A DNA stretch of 28,026 nucleotides from Octopus sinensis (taxonomy: Eukaryota). Position 1 is the first letter of the stretch. Each line of letters begins with the position of its first letter. Positions 1 to 11,675 of this stretch are shown in pieces. The notes under the pieces are model-generated. The model was not told the DNA's origin. It did no database searches and was given only the letters and a program-made list of their open reading frames with translations. The DNA lies in assembly GCF_006345805.1 (NCBI RefSeq), contig NW_021827523.1:1-28026 (forward strand), in the 5' to 3' direction. Made by a program: the position numbers and the translations under genes.

Positions 1-886
1 TCTATATGATGACTCGTCGGGCTAGAAAGAATAGCCAAATTTTCGCGATATTCAAACCACAATCATATAATTATCTTGAATAATGTATTGAGCCACTTAT
101 TGATGGATCGTCCTGCGAATGATTGACTCAAACCACAACCTACTCACTGTCTTAAATATCGGAAGAGTACATTGGTTAACGTAATCTAAGATACACTGTT
201 CCTGAAAAGAAGATGGATGGACACGGTTAGGACTAATGTAGTCTTCGGTCTGCTGGATCCTGCACGACATGAGACTAAACAACAACAACGGTGACGACAA
301 TGACAACGATAAAGCGATTTCGTTTCTAAGACTAACACGGACCCAGTTAAAAATAAACCATCGGACAGGTTATTTTACCTAAAAAAAAACAGTATTATAA
401 ACTGTGGTGAGCGTTTATTCTGATCCATGAAGCAGGAGGTCAACATGATTATATAAACCGCAAGGCAAAAAAAGTGAATTCCCCCGAAACACCGATACAA
501 GACGTGGCCAAACGCAAATACGATACCACTCCTACATCTGCACTCCATGTCATCTTTTTTTTGTTCGTGAATAGGAGCTTTATGACCAAAATATTATATA
601 AGTTATATAATAGTTTCTATTAAGGAAACTTTATGGCGGGCACTTTTTATTTGCATTCACTTGTATACATACGTGATCACACACACACAGAAACACACAC
701 ACATACACACACACTTATATATACATGTATTTTAGAATGAAAATAATTCTTCAATTTCTTTTCTTTTTTCTTTCTTGCCATAATTTTTCTTACATTTATT
801 CTTTCATTTTGTTTCGTTTCTTTTCTTGTTATTAAATTCTAGGGTGGGGTTAGGATTACTTTTCCCTCAGTTTACGTTTTATTTTC

Positions 887-888
<2 letters not shown>

Positions 889-917
<29 letters not shown>

Positions 918-939
918 TGTATGTATGTATGTATGTATG

Positions 940-980
<41 letters not shown>

Positions 981-1000
981 GACTGTCTTTCTGTCTGTCT
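889..1000. repeat. Compound microsatellite (TATG)n-(TATC)n-(TCTG)n
   Basis: Direct reading; explains the MYVC/YLSI ORFs at 826-1260. Confidence 0.95.
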
Positions 1001-1145
1001 GTCATTTTTACCTTTACTTTTTTGTGTATCCCTTGCTTCTCTACCTTTCTTTTTTAATTTCTCTTCTTTTCGTTATTTTTCTTTTTGCCTCATGTGGTCA
1101 TGTGACCCTCTCTGCAACAACAAACGTCAATCTCTTTCCTTCCAA

Positions 1146-1189
1146 CCACACATATAAACACGCACACACATACGCATGCACGCACACAA

Positions 1190-1242
<53 letters not shown>

Positions 1243-1565
1243 AAGTCATCGATCATTTAAGACACGAAACTTTACATCATTTGATACATCAGTGAAATGT
1301 GTCACTGTGACAATATGTATGCATGCATGTATGCATGTACATATGTATGTATGTATGTATGTATGAATTATGTATGTTTGTATAAATGTATGCATGTATG
1401 TATGCATTTATTTATGTATGTATACGTGTGTGTGTGCATTTATGGGATCGTGAATGGATATATATATATATATTTGTGCGTGTATGCGTAATTTTGTCAA
1501 TGTGTGTCCGTGTCTATACGAGTGTGTTTGCCTGCGTGCACATGTGCGTGTGTGTTTGTATATAT
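1146..1565. repeat. (CA)n tract followed by degenerate (TATG)n/(TG)n tract
   Basis: Direct reading. Confidence 0.9.
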
Positions 1566-1658
1566 GTTTCTTAAGATGCAGTAAAAAGATTTATTCGTCA
1601 TAGAATTCTGCCAAATTTGTCAAAAGGCGAGGAAATTGCCAATTATACTGATAATAAC

Positions 1659-2290
1659 AGAGGCACGATAACGTGGCTAAGTTCGTCCACTGGAGGCTAT
1701 GTGAAAAGTACGGCCTGAACACAGCACGAAAATGGTACGAACAGGAACCAGAAGTGACCGAGGACAAGGAACATAAGATACTGTGGGATTTTACAATCCG
1801 ATGCGACTCCCTAATCGAGGCTCGGAGACCAGATATTGTTGTGGTAGATAAAGGGGAAAAGGAAACCAAGATCATAGATATTACAATACCTAGAGATGCA
1901 CACATAAGTGATAAAAAATTAGAAAATATCGAAAAGTACAGACTACTAAAAGACGAAATTGCAAGAATGTGGACTATGAGGAGAGAGGTTGTTGGGGCAC
2001 TCGGAACACTAACAACCAAGTTCGAATAATTTGTCGAAGAAATCGGAATTGACATGAGAGCAGAGCGAGCCCCCAAAAACTGCTCTGCTGGGGACAGTTA
2101 GGATTTTGAGATTGGTACTTGGATGTTGAATGTCTCCCACAATAATTTAAAACGAAGTATCAAAGCTTATAATGTGCAGAAAGAGACCCTGTGAGGCCTC
2201 TGAGAGCAGTCTGCTGTCTGTTCTCATAGAATCTACCAAAGCAAACAAGACCAAACGTTCTGAGAAATAAAACGATAATAGTAATAATGA
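1659..2290 (+). mobile_element. 5'-truncated R4/Dong-like non-LTR retrotransposon 3' end (restriction-like endonuclease domain plus 3' UTR)
   Basis: Translation RHDNVAKFVHWRLCEKYG..KWY..KILWDFTIRCD..RRPDIVVVDK..IIDITIP..EKY..VVGALG, then after a frameshift ALLGTVRILR. This is the RHD / PD..D / KY pattern of RLE domains. Ends in degenerate TAA repeats at ~2266-2292. Confidence 0.88.
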
Positions 2291-2299
2291 TGGTTTCAA

Positions 2300-2500
2300 A
2301 TTTTGGGACCAGGTCAGCAACCTCGGGGAAGAGGGCAAGTCGGTTACATCGACCCAAGTGTTCAACTGGTACTTCATGTATCGGCCCTGAAAGAATGAAA
2401 GGTAATTCGATATCGGCGGAATTTGAACTCAGCACGTCAATACGGACGAAATGCCGCTCAACATTGTGCCCAGTGTGCTTAACGACTCTGGCAGGTCGCC
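2300..2500 (-). mobile_element. SINE family A, diverged monomer
   Basis: Reverse-complement similarity to 14031-14200 (head ggcga.ctg.caga, B-box-like gagttcaaattcc, core ctttcat.ctttc.ggg.cgat). Confidence 0.8.
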
Positions 2501-3021
2501 ACGTTTATGATAATGAAAATAATAATGATGATGATGAGGAGGAGGAGGATGCCGTTGCTGCTACTGATGCTTACATTGATCCAAGGTCATCATGTTTTGC
2601 TTTTCTTTTTTTTTAAGTTTAGGCGATTCGGCCAAATGTCGCAAAATGAAATATTTTGAAGGATGGTAGCTGTTTACTCTAGTTAATAGTATCTAGCTCT
2701 TATTTATTCATTTTATTTATGAGAATGTCCCAAACGGGGCATGAAGCTGCTTAGTGTAGGGGGCTATGTAGAAGGAGAAATTAAAATGAAAAGAATGAAT
2801 TTACTTTAGAATTGAAAGAGTTCAGGTCATAAGAAGTGAGGTAAAACAAGAGAGTTCCAAATTCTGGTTGTTCAAAGAAAAAAAGCTACGACGGTAGAAA
2901 GACTTCCTTATTCGTGGAAGGAGAACAGCATTTGGACAAAAACGTTGTGAGTTCCGAGTCAGGTGAGTTGGCACAAAGTGATCCGGAACGAAAAGAGAAA
3001 GCTTTGGAAGCAATCTACTAT

Positions 3022-3216
3022 CGACACAAGGCCTGACATTTTGGAGGAGGGTACTAGTCAATTAAATCGATCCCAGTGGTTCTCTGGTGCTTAATTCATC
3101 TATCCTGAAAGGATGAAAGGCAAAGTCGACCTCGATGGAATTTGAACTCAGAACGTAAAGACGAACGAAATGCCGCTAAGCATTTTGCCTAGCGTGCTAA
3201 CGGTCCTGCCAGCTCG
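3022..3216 (-). mobile_element. SINE family A monomer
   Basis: gaaaggatgaaaggcaaagtcgacctcg..gaatttgaactcagaacgt..gaaatgccgctaagcattt..gccagctcg matches copies at 4721-5114 and 14027-14641. Confidence 0.88.
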
Positions 3217-3524
3217 AATGATGTATTGAGGGAAACACCTGCCACAGATATGATTACCTAATCTAATGTTAATCATTTTGTCGTAAAGGGAGATAATTGA
3301 GAAGATATTTTAGTTCTATTATGACCTCGTCAGCAAAACAAACTTCAGGAAATGTAATCGGTTCTTAGACAGTTATATGGATAAATTATTTTTTATTAGG
3401 TTAGGCGACCATGCTTGGACATCACGATGTTCGTGCGTTGAAGTGTGATTTTTATTAATATTATTAGTGAAATCAGAAATGAGTTACGAAAAGAACAACG
3501 GTATTTATAATTATAACAAACTGG

Positions 3525-3856
3525 GAATATGTGTATGTATATGTATGTGTATATATATATTCATATACATACACAAACATACACAGACATACAAGTATGG
3601 ATATATTTGTATATGCATATACATATGTGGACGCATGTATGTATATATGAATGTATGTACGAATGTATGTATGAACGTATGTATGTATATATGTATGTGT
3701 GTGTATATATATACACATACTTATAAATACATAAATGTACACACATATAAATGTATGTATACACTTCCACACATATATTTACTCAAATATATATATGTAT
3801 GTATATATATATGTATATGTATATATGTATATAAGTATATATATATACATACGATA

Positions 3857-3928
<72 letters not shown>

Positions 3929-3938
3929 CACATATATT
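3525..3938. repeat. Degenerate (TA)n/(TATG)n/(CATA)n low-complexity tract
   Basis: Direct reading. Confidence 0.9.
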
Positions 3939-4720
3939 ACAAAGCAGACGTAAAAATTTATCAAGAAGAAGAAGAAAGCGAGAAAAAAAATGGCGAGTGA
4001 AACGACGGGGATAAAGAAACTGTCAAGTTGTCATGAAAAAGCTTGGTGTGCAATTAGACGTAATCCTTAATAATAGCCAGAACAAATCTGACTGGAAAAT
4101 CCATAATGGAACGACATTATACTTGGAAGATCCATCAAAAGGCATCAAAATGCAATAGAAATGATAACTCCTGAATCCCCTTTTCTACAGGCCCTTGTTT
4201 TAGGAAACTTTTGTTCAGTGTTTTCCCTTTTTTCTTCCCCTTTTTGTTCCTTTTTCCGTATTGTCTTCCCTCCCTGAAAAAATATGTAAAATATGTACAC
4301 GTATCTCGAAAATATGGAGGAAGGCTTCGCAATTTCACTGCCGTGTCATTTAAAGGCAGAACAGCTGTAATTATTGTTGTTGTTGTTGTTGTACTCTAAG
4401 TCAGTTGTAATCGAATAGATGATCCATGGTCAAAGACATTCCATTCATGCCCGCCCAGACATTTATTTTTGCATTTTCCATTCAGAATGTATCGAGGACT
4501 CTACTTATTCAATATATTTTCTCCGCCTTTTTTTTAACGACAGAGTGTGGTTTGAAGCAGATTTACCTGCTATTTCCTGCAAAGCTAGTGAGCACGTACA
4601 AGATCCTTGATTGGCTCATTGAACCGTTCGTCGCTTTGTGTATTAGATGAACAAAACACATCTTTATTGTTCATTCTGTTCAACGTCATATACATTTCAG
4701 AATACCATAGAAAGCTTATT

Positions 4721-5114
4721 CATTTCTGATCTAGGCACAAGGCCCGACATTTTGGAGGAGAGGGCCAGTCGATTAGATCGACCCCAGTATGCAATTGGTA
4801 CTTGGTTTATCGACCCCGAAATGATGAACGGCAAAGTCAAACTCGGCAGAATTTGAACTCAGAACATAAAGACAGACGAAATACGTATTTCATTACTACC
4901 CACAAGGGGCTAAACACGGAGAGGACAAACAAGGACAGACAAAGGGATTAAGTTGATTACATCGACCCCAGTGCGTAACTGGTACTTAATTTATCGACCC
5001 CGAAAGGATGAAAGGCAAAGTCGACCTCGGCGGAATTTGAACTCAGAACGTAACGGCAGACGAAATACCGCTAAGCATTTTGCCCGACGTGCTAACGATT
5101 GTGCCAGCTCGCCG
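4721..5114 (-). mobile_element. SINE family A dimer with 16-bp target-site duplication
   Basis: Two tandem core units; flanked by ccatagaaagcttatt at 4705-4720 and 5115-5130. Confidence 0.93.
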
Positions 5115-5249
5115 CCATAGAAAGCTTATTGAATAACGCTGTGTAGCTTTATTTTCCCCCTTCGACATCAACTGTTATTTCATATTTGCTTATCCTTAGA
5201 AAGTATGAAAAACGGCTAATATTTCCTTCAAACTTTACTTTTGTTACAT

Positions 5250-5404
5250 TTATTCAAACCCCAAAGAATCCCTCTCAACACATGGCTACGATGCTCCCGC
5301 CAATACTCGTGCTCTTGATCAGAGATACCCGTATCGTCAGCCACAAGTGGTTGAGGTCAAGCAATTGACCAGTGAATCTGTGGTATTGAGCAGAATATAT
5401 GCTA
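5250..5404. repeat. Internal fragment of unclassified repeat family D
   Basis: ttattcaaacc..aagaatccctctcaacac..gatcagagat..tatcgtcagccac..aatctgtggtattgagcagaatat matches 21950-22115 and 22550-22712. Confidence 0.88.
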
Positions 5405-5598
5405 TAATGGTATTTCCTCTTTCTGCAACTCTGAATCTGTCTGAAATGTAATGGAAAATGGGTCAGTTTCAAAGCACTGTTGTACAGGTCGCAAAAACAA
5501 AGTTTGAATTCCTTTGATTTCTAGATAGAAGTAAATAGGGAATAACGCTTACTGACCAATGACAAAAATAGAGTAAAATAAGATAAAATAAAAATTTT

Positions 5599-5780
5599 AG
5601 GAGTGGGTTTGTGCAGCTTACGAACCACATGGTTCTGGGTTCAGTCCCACTGCGTTTCACCTTAGGCAAGTGTCTTCTACTATAGTCTCGGGCCGAGACT
5701 ATAGTAGAACTATAGTCTGTGTGTGTGTGTGTCCCAGCATGGCCGCAGTCTAATGACCTGACTGAAGTAAAAGGCAAAAG
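5599..5780 (+). mobile_element. SINE family B, internally deleted copy
   Basis: aaccacatggttctgggttcagtcccactgcg..caagtgtcttctactatag joined to 3' end ccagcatggccgcagtc..gtaaaa; compare 20288-20725. Confidence 0.85.
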
Positions 5781-5843
5781 GTGAAAGGAATGGGTACTTT
5801 TTCACCGGTTTCATTCATTGGATTGCAGTCATGTCTACAGAAT

Positions 5844-5877
<34 letters not shown>

Positions 5878-6235
5878 TGTGTGTGTGTGTGTGTTAGAAT
5901 GTCCACTGCAAGACATATAATCTACCGTTTCTGCCATTCTGCTGGCTTTTAAAGGCAAACAACATCAAAGTATAGATTCTAGTATCTGAATGACCTGGAA
6001 AAACTAAATATATATCTTACAAAGTAAGGAACAAAGGAAGGAAGGAAGGAAGGAAAGAAAGAAAGAAAGAAAGAAAGAAAGAAAAAAGAAATGAGAGAAA
6101 AAGAGGAAGAAATGAAGAGAGATGGAGAGAAATAGAGAGATGGGGAGATAGACACAGAGAAAGAAACAGAAAGAAAGGCAGGGAGAAAGAGATTGAGAGA
6201 GGAAGGAAGAAAGAGAAAGAGAGTAAGAGAGAGCT
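5844..6235. repeat. (GT)n at 5844-5894 and polypurine (GAAG/GAAA/GA)n tract at ~6025-6235
   Basis: Direct reading. Confidence 0.9.
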
Positions 6236-6495
6236 TTGGTAGTGTCAATATCAGGAAAGATGTGTAATCCTGGGCTTATTGATTGTCACTCCTGCGCTTC
6301 CCAGTTTTGGTTAAGGTTTAAATCTAGATGAACCGTATTTTGCCTTTCAGAATACCAGCTGAAAACATTAGCATTGAAGACGGTTATTAACAGTTTACAG
6401 CTTATGAATGACGCTGAAATTGTTTCTGAGAAAAGTCGAGAATCAGTTGGACTCCGCGATGAAATAATTTCAATATTTCTGTAAAAGTCATGCAT

Positions 6496-6548
6496 TGTTG
6501 CAGACCATCGAATGTTGCAGACCATCGAATGTTGCAGACCAGCGGATG
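6496..6548. repeat. 17-bp tandem repeat tgttgcagaccatcgaa, about 3 copies
   Basis: Two exact copies plus a diverged third. Confidence 0.9.
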
Positions 6549-7659
6549 TGAATGCCTAGTTGAAAATTGGTGGTAGTGAGCGAGAAGGGACAGAATACTT
6601 GTAGTGAATTAATGTCAATGAAGACTACTCGAGCGGTTTAATGTCAGTTGTGTCTTTTATAATTTTAAGTAACAAAAGATTTCCTTAAAAAAGAAAAAGA
6701 TTGCGAATACTGGTGTTTTGCAAGAAAGAACAAAGTGAATTACTTTGTATCCTGGAAATCAGATCGAATCCAAACGAACAATTTCTTAGACTGGATCGTA
6801 ACAGTTGAATATTACGGTGGAATTGCGTTTGACCTTCTGGCCGTCAACTGATGAGGAATTGGTGACATTCTGTGCCTGTTTCCATTTGTTTGTGCATTTG
6901 TTATATATTAATTAATGGAAATCTATGTACCTTTTATTGTATTTTATTTTGTATTTTTATTTGTATCGTTTTTACGTCCTGTTTGTGTTACATTTTTTTT
7001 CTTTCTTTGTTTTTAACCCTCTGCGAAGTAATTTTATTTTAATTCTCTCGCAGGAAGGGCTAGTTTGTCGAGTCGTATTCTGTCCTACCTTCGAAACACG
7101 CTAGAGTTGAACTAGGGACAGCTGATGAAGGGGATTTTTCCTTGTGTAGTTTGTCTTGTACTCTGTTTTTCTATTGTAAAAAAAATGGTTTGTTCCATGC
7201 TTGTTTTTCCGTTTTCGTTTCTCGTTGAGTTCTACGTCTAGATGTGGTGTCCTGTACTCACGTATATATATTTATATATGCATGTATATATACATGTAGA
7301 TGTAGGTACGTACATATATGTATGTATGTATGCATATATTTTATTTATTACATTATATATATATATATGTTACTGACAAAAATGGTAGGACAACAAAAGA
7401 AAGAAAGAGACCTCGATATTATATAAATAGAGGAATGTATCTGTAAATGTAATATGTGACAATTATTCGGAAGCCATTAAAAAACTCCGAGTTTCGGATG
7501 TCGAGGTGGAAATCCACGCCGCCATCTCTTAAGTTATCCGGCCATCGGGAAAATACAATGAAAAATGACCGTTATACAAAGGGAAATTACTGTGTGATTG
7601 ACCGTTATTAAGACAAAAGAGCTATTTGAATGACCACTAAGCGAGGGGAGTGAGTAAAA

Positions 7660-7707
<48 letters not shown>

Positions 7708-7709
<2 letters not shown>

Positions 7710-7866
7710 GAAGGACGTCTTTCAGTTTCCGTCTACTAAATCCACTCACAAGGGTTTGGTTGGCCCGAGGCCATAGGAGAAGACACTTGCCCATGGTGCC
7801 ACGCAGTGGGACTGGACCCGGAATCATGTGGTTGGTAAGCAAGCTACTTACTACACAGCCACGCCT
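7708..7866 (-). mobile_element. SINE family B 5' half
   Basis: Reverse complement of 20288-20450; embedded between (TA)n tracts. Confidence 0.9.
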
Positions 7867-7929
7867 ATATATACACACATATATATATTTATGTATGTAT
7901 GTATGTATGTATGTATGCATGTATGTGTT

Positions 7930-7967
<38 letters not shown>

Positions 7968-8880
7968 ATGAGGACAATTATCCGCCAGTTGTAAATAATG
8001 TAAATAATGTATAATATGCTGGTTAAGCAATCAATCGGTTGTTTGTAAGTAAAAATTCTTTCGTCGTACCTCGCTACCTTTTCAGCAGTTTAGTTTGTTG
8101 GTTACATATTTAATCAGTTGGCTAATGATACAGAAGTGGAATTGAACCAGTGCGTGTGTTTATTATTATTGAATCAGCAAAGTTTGTTTCGACACACGAA
8201 TTCACATCAAGAATCTTGCAAACCAAATGCAAAAAACGTACACACACAGTCACACACATACACGCACGCACGCTCGCACACACACGTGCGCGCGTATGCA
8301 TGTATGTATATACGTACTCCTCGAACAAAACCTTAACAACAAATCGACAAATGGAACTACATTATTTACTAAACTATTATAATTTTCCTCTCAACAGAAA
8401 AATGAGGGAAAAAAAATATATTTAAAAATATGGGAAAAAAAAGCAACGCAAAATTCTTTTTAATTAAAAAAATTCAAATGTGAAACCATTATGAAATTCG
8501 TTTCTTTCATTCATCCGTTTTTATATACGTTCGAACCCTCACCCCGCATACCATCTGGCCAAATTGAACTCAACCCACCTTAAAGTGTAAATATCAAGAA
8601 GGTCAGAGAAACGGCGTCTTCTTGAAATGGCGAACATGTTGAGGTTGCCTGGTAATAGGTTTTGAAAACTAAATAAGGGACGGATGGATGTTGCTGGATG
8701 GTATACCTATGTTGTATTTAGGGATTTTTGTGTGTTTTTTTCTCATCAGGTTTGGTTTCTGGTTTAAAGTTGTATACGTAATGAATACATACATACATAC
8801 ATACATACATACATACATACATACAAAAGCGCGTGCGCGCACACAGTTACACACATTGATTGATGCATATTTGTACGTGT

Positions 8881-8936
<56 letters not shown>

Positions 8937-9036
8937 TTGAAAACATGTACAAATGTATATATAAATGTATATATATGTATATATATATAAGAAAAAATCA
9001 AATATATATATATATGTATATATATTTGTTTTTTTT

Positions 9037-9363
9037 TTTACTTGCTTCAGTCGAACAAATCGAACCAAGGTCTTATTCTTTGTAAGCCCGGTACTTATAT
9101 TCTACTGGCCTCTTTTGTCGAACTGCTGATTTACTGGGACATAAACACGCCAACATCGGTTGTCAAGCGATGGTGGTGGGGGACAAGCTCGGACACACAA
9201 ACTTATGCATATATACGACGGGCTTCTTTCAGTTTCCATCTACCAAATCCACTCACAAGGCTTTGGTCGGCTATAGTAGATGACACTTGCTCAAGGTGTC
9301 ACACAGTGAGACTGGACTCGGAATCATGTGGTTGGAAAGCAAGCTTCTTACCACATAGCCACT
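9037..9363 (-). mobile_element. SINE family B, near full length with internal deletions
   Basis: Matches both halves of 20288-20725 in reverse complement. Confidence 0.88.
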
Positions 9364-9389
9364 TTTATTAAAATTGCAAACTCTTCGCA

Positions 9390-9431
9390 AACTGTTACTC
9401 AGAGTTTCACGTTGCCGTTCGTCGGACAGCT
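9390..9431 (-). ncRNA. Type I hammerhead ribozyme-like motif (U4C core variant)
   Basis: Minus strand reads AGCUGU-CCGACGA-ACG(GCAA)CGU-GAA-ACUC(U)GAGU-A-ACAGUU: three helices, core boxes in order, GUA cleavage triplet. Confidence 0.7.
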
Positions 9432-9589
9432 GTGATGAAGGCTTTTTAATAAGAGCATATTACTCTACTTTAAGTATTCGAATACTATTTCTTCTAACAT
9501 GCTTCGCATATATATATGATCTCTTGAGCACCACCAGCAAAAAAATTTTTTTCTTCTGTCTTCCCTTCTTGGGATCTTTCCTTTTCCTT

Positions 9590-9624
9590 GTTTCCGACGA
9601 AGAGCTCCGCTCGAAACGTTAAAC
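9590..9624 (+). ncRNA. Minimal hammerhead ribozyme-like motif (Penelope-like pLTR type)
   Basis: GUUU-CCGACGA-A-GAGC(UCC)GCUC-GAAA-CG-UU-AAAC; helix III reduced to the palindrome AACGUU. Confidence 0.55.
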
Positions 9625-10261
9625 CCTCCTTCCCTTCTTTCCTGAGCGTCAAATAATACTTTAATTGTTCCACGTCCTCGCGTTGCTGTTTTTTCTGTGT
9701 TTTCTTGTTTGGATTAACTATATATATATATATATATAATATATTATATATATATTTATATACAGACACGCCACCATATATATATATAATATATATATAT
9801 ATATAATATATATATATAAAATTCAAAATGGGACAAGGATGCAAAAATACCGGACAACTAGGTGATACAAAAAGGGACAACAAAACATCCAGATAGACGG
9901 AACAAAAAAAAATAATAAAACAAGGACGGGTCATTCAAAGCTTTCTATCCTCAGCCAAGAACCAGATTATCGTCGCTATTTCGGCCGATTAATCTTGAGA
10001 TTGCTCCAATCTGGCCAGCCACAAGAAAAACTAAGCTAACAGCATTAGATTCCTCCTCCTCCTCCTCCTCCTCCTCCCTGAAAATGTGCGAGACCACACT
10101 ACCAATTAGAAATCTTTGTAATAATTTGTTTCCCTCCATGGGGCAATTGCAGATGGGATGAGTTTAAGGGGCAGACAAAATGCCTTACGGTGTTCTAGTT
10201 CTTCCTTTAATATTATTAAGGCGCGCGACGCTCTGACTAGGGGTGGGTGCACTTATCTTCT

Positions 10262-10405
10262 ATCTTTTATCTTTGACGTGCGGCAATGCTGGAGCAGCGT
10301 CTTGTGTAACTTTTAGCTCGAATAAACCGATCCCAGACCTTTTTTTAAAGCCTGGTACTTATTCTATCGGTTTCTTTTGCCGAACAGCAAGGTTACAGGG
10401 ACGTG
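10262..10405 (-). mobile_element. SINE family B-related 3' fragment
   Basis: atgctggagca..gtacttattctatcggt..ttttgccgaac..gttacagggacgt is the reverse complement of 20580-20700. Confidence 0.75.
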
Positions 10406-10411
10406 GATAGG

Positions 10412-10620
10412 GTGTAGCACATATGGTCGCAATAATATGGTTTTTATTCCTAAACCGGTTGATGCATTGTGTTTCCGAGCAAAACACTTCATTTCTCGTT
10501 GTTCCTGTCCATTCTGCTGACAAAAAATGAGTAATCCTACGACGGACTGGCGTTCCATCCAGGGGTTGGATAGGGGGATATATACAGCAACCAGCCTTAT
10601 GAGATTATGGCTCAGGAAGT
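10412..10620 (+). mobile_element. SINE family C, diverged copy
   Basis: gagcaaaacacttcatttc..aaaatgagtaatcct.cgacggactggcgt..atccagg aligns with 12604-12800. Confidence 0.7.
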
Positions 10621-10689
10621 AACTTTAATCTTTTTTTCGTTTTTTGAACTTAAACACGCACCCCAATCATATCACTTAACAAATTAACA

Positions 10690-10981
10690 CTTTCACCATC
10701 AGCAGTAACAACATCACCAACAAAACCATCGCTACCACCACCTCCATCACTAACGATAATATCACCATCACCATCGCCAGCTTTACCACCACCATTATTT
10801 CTACTATTATCATCACCACTACCACCATCACCACAGCCAAAACTACTACCTTTGTTGCCACTACCACCATCGCAATCACCATTACCAACACCACCACCAT
10901 AACTACCATCACCACCACCATCACCACCACCACCACCACCACCACCACCACCACCACCACCACAACAACAACAACAACCAT
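10690..10981. repeat. Degenerate (CAC/CAT/CAA)n trinucleotide tract
   Basis: Direct reading; explains the poly-G and poly-V ORFs. Confidence 0.9.
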
Positions 10982-11429
10982 ACAGCCAAAACCGTCCTAC
11001 CATATATTTATACAGACCTTGGTAATGTCGGGGCTTGGCTTGTAACAAACAATTATTTCAAGCTACAGAAGGGAGAAAGGTGTCGGTTCTTTGGGATATC
11101 TTTAAAACAGAGCATCTGCCGCCTCTTATCACCTCTGCCCGAAAAAGAGCAGGGTTCTTGAGGCTTGTATACACACTAAGGACCCTTACCCAGCGTATAT
11201 ATATAATATATATATATATTATATATAATATATATATATATATATAAATATAATATTATATTTTGCGAGCGAGCCCGTTACCCAGTGTCACACATTAACA
11301 CGCAATGCTGTGACACAAGCATTCTACAAATCCTCGTACGTTGTCTTCGGGAGTTAGATAGACACTGACATCGATGATGTCATAAGGCAAGCTCTCAACT
11401 TGCTTCCATTTTGCACATGTGTTGTGGTT

Positions 11430-11620
11430 TGTATGTATGTACGTATGTATGTATGTATGTATGTATGTATGTATGTATGTATGTATGTACGTATGTATGT
11501 ATGTATGTGTGTATGTGTGTATGTATGTATGTACGTATGTACGTATGTATGTATGTATGTATGTATGAATGTATGAGTGTATGTCTGTATGTATGCGTAT
11601 GCATGTATGCCTGTATGTTA
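11430..11620. repeat. (TATG)n array
   Basis: Direct reading. Confidence 0.95.
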
Positions 11621-11675
11621 GCATATCTGTCACATGCAGGCGTATATATATATATATATATAATATATATATATA

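Noticed and set aside
97-306. 69-aa ORF or possible repeat 3' end with (AAC)n tail
   Set aside because: No recognisable motif and no clear second copy in the window.
8605-8636. 8-bp stem tcaagaag/cttcttga
   Set aside because: Short enough to be chance; no supporting features.
9935-10030. Minus-strand GAAA..CUGAGGA as a further hammerhead
   Set aside because: I could not build helices I and III or an NUH site.
10650-11048. Gly-rich ORF resembling a structural protein
   Set aside because: Product of a degenerate (GGT)n tract; the overlapping frame is also open as poly-Val.
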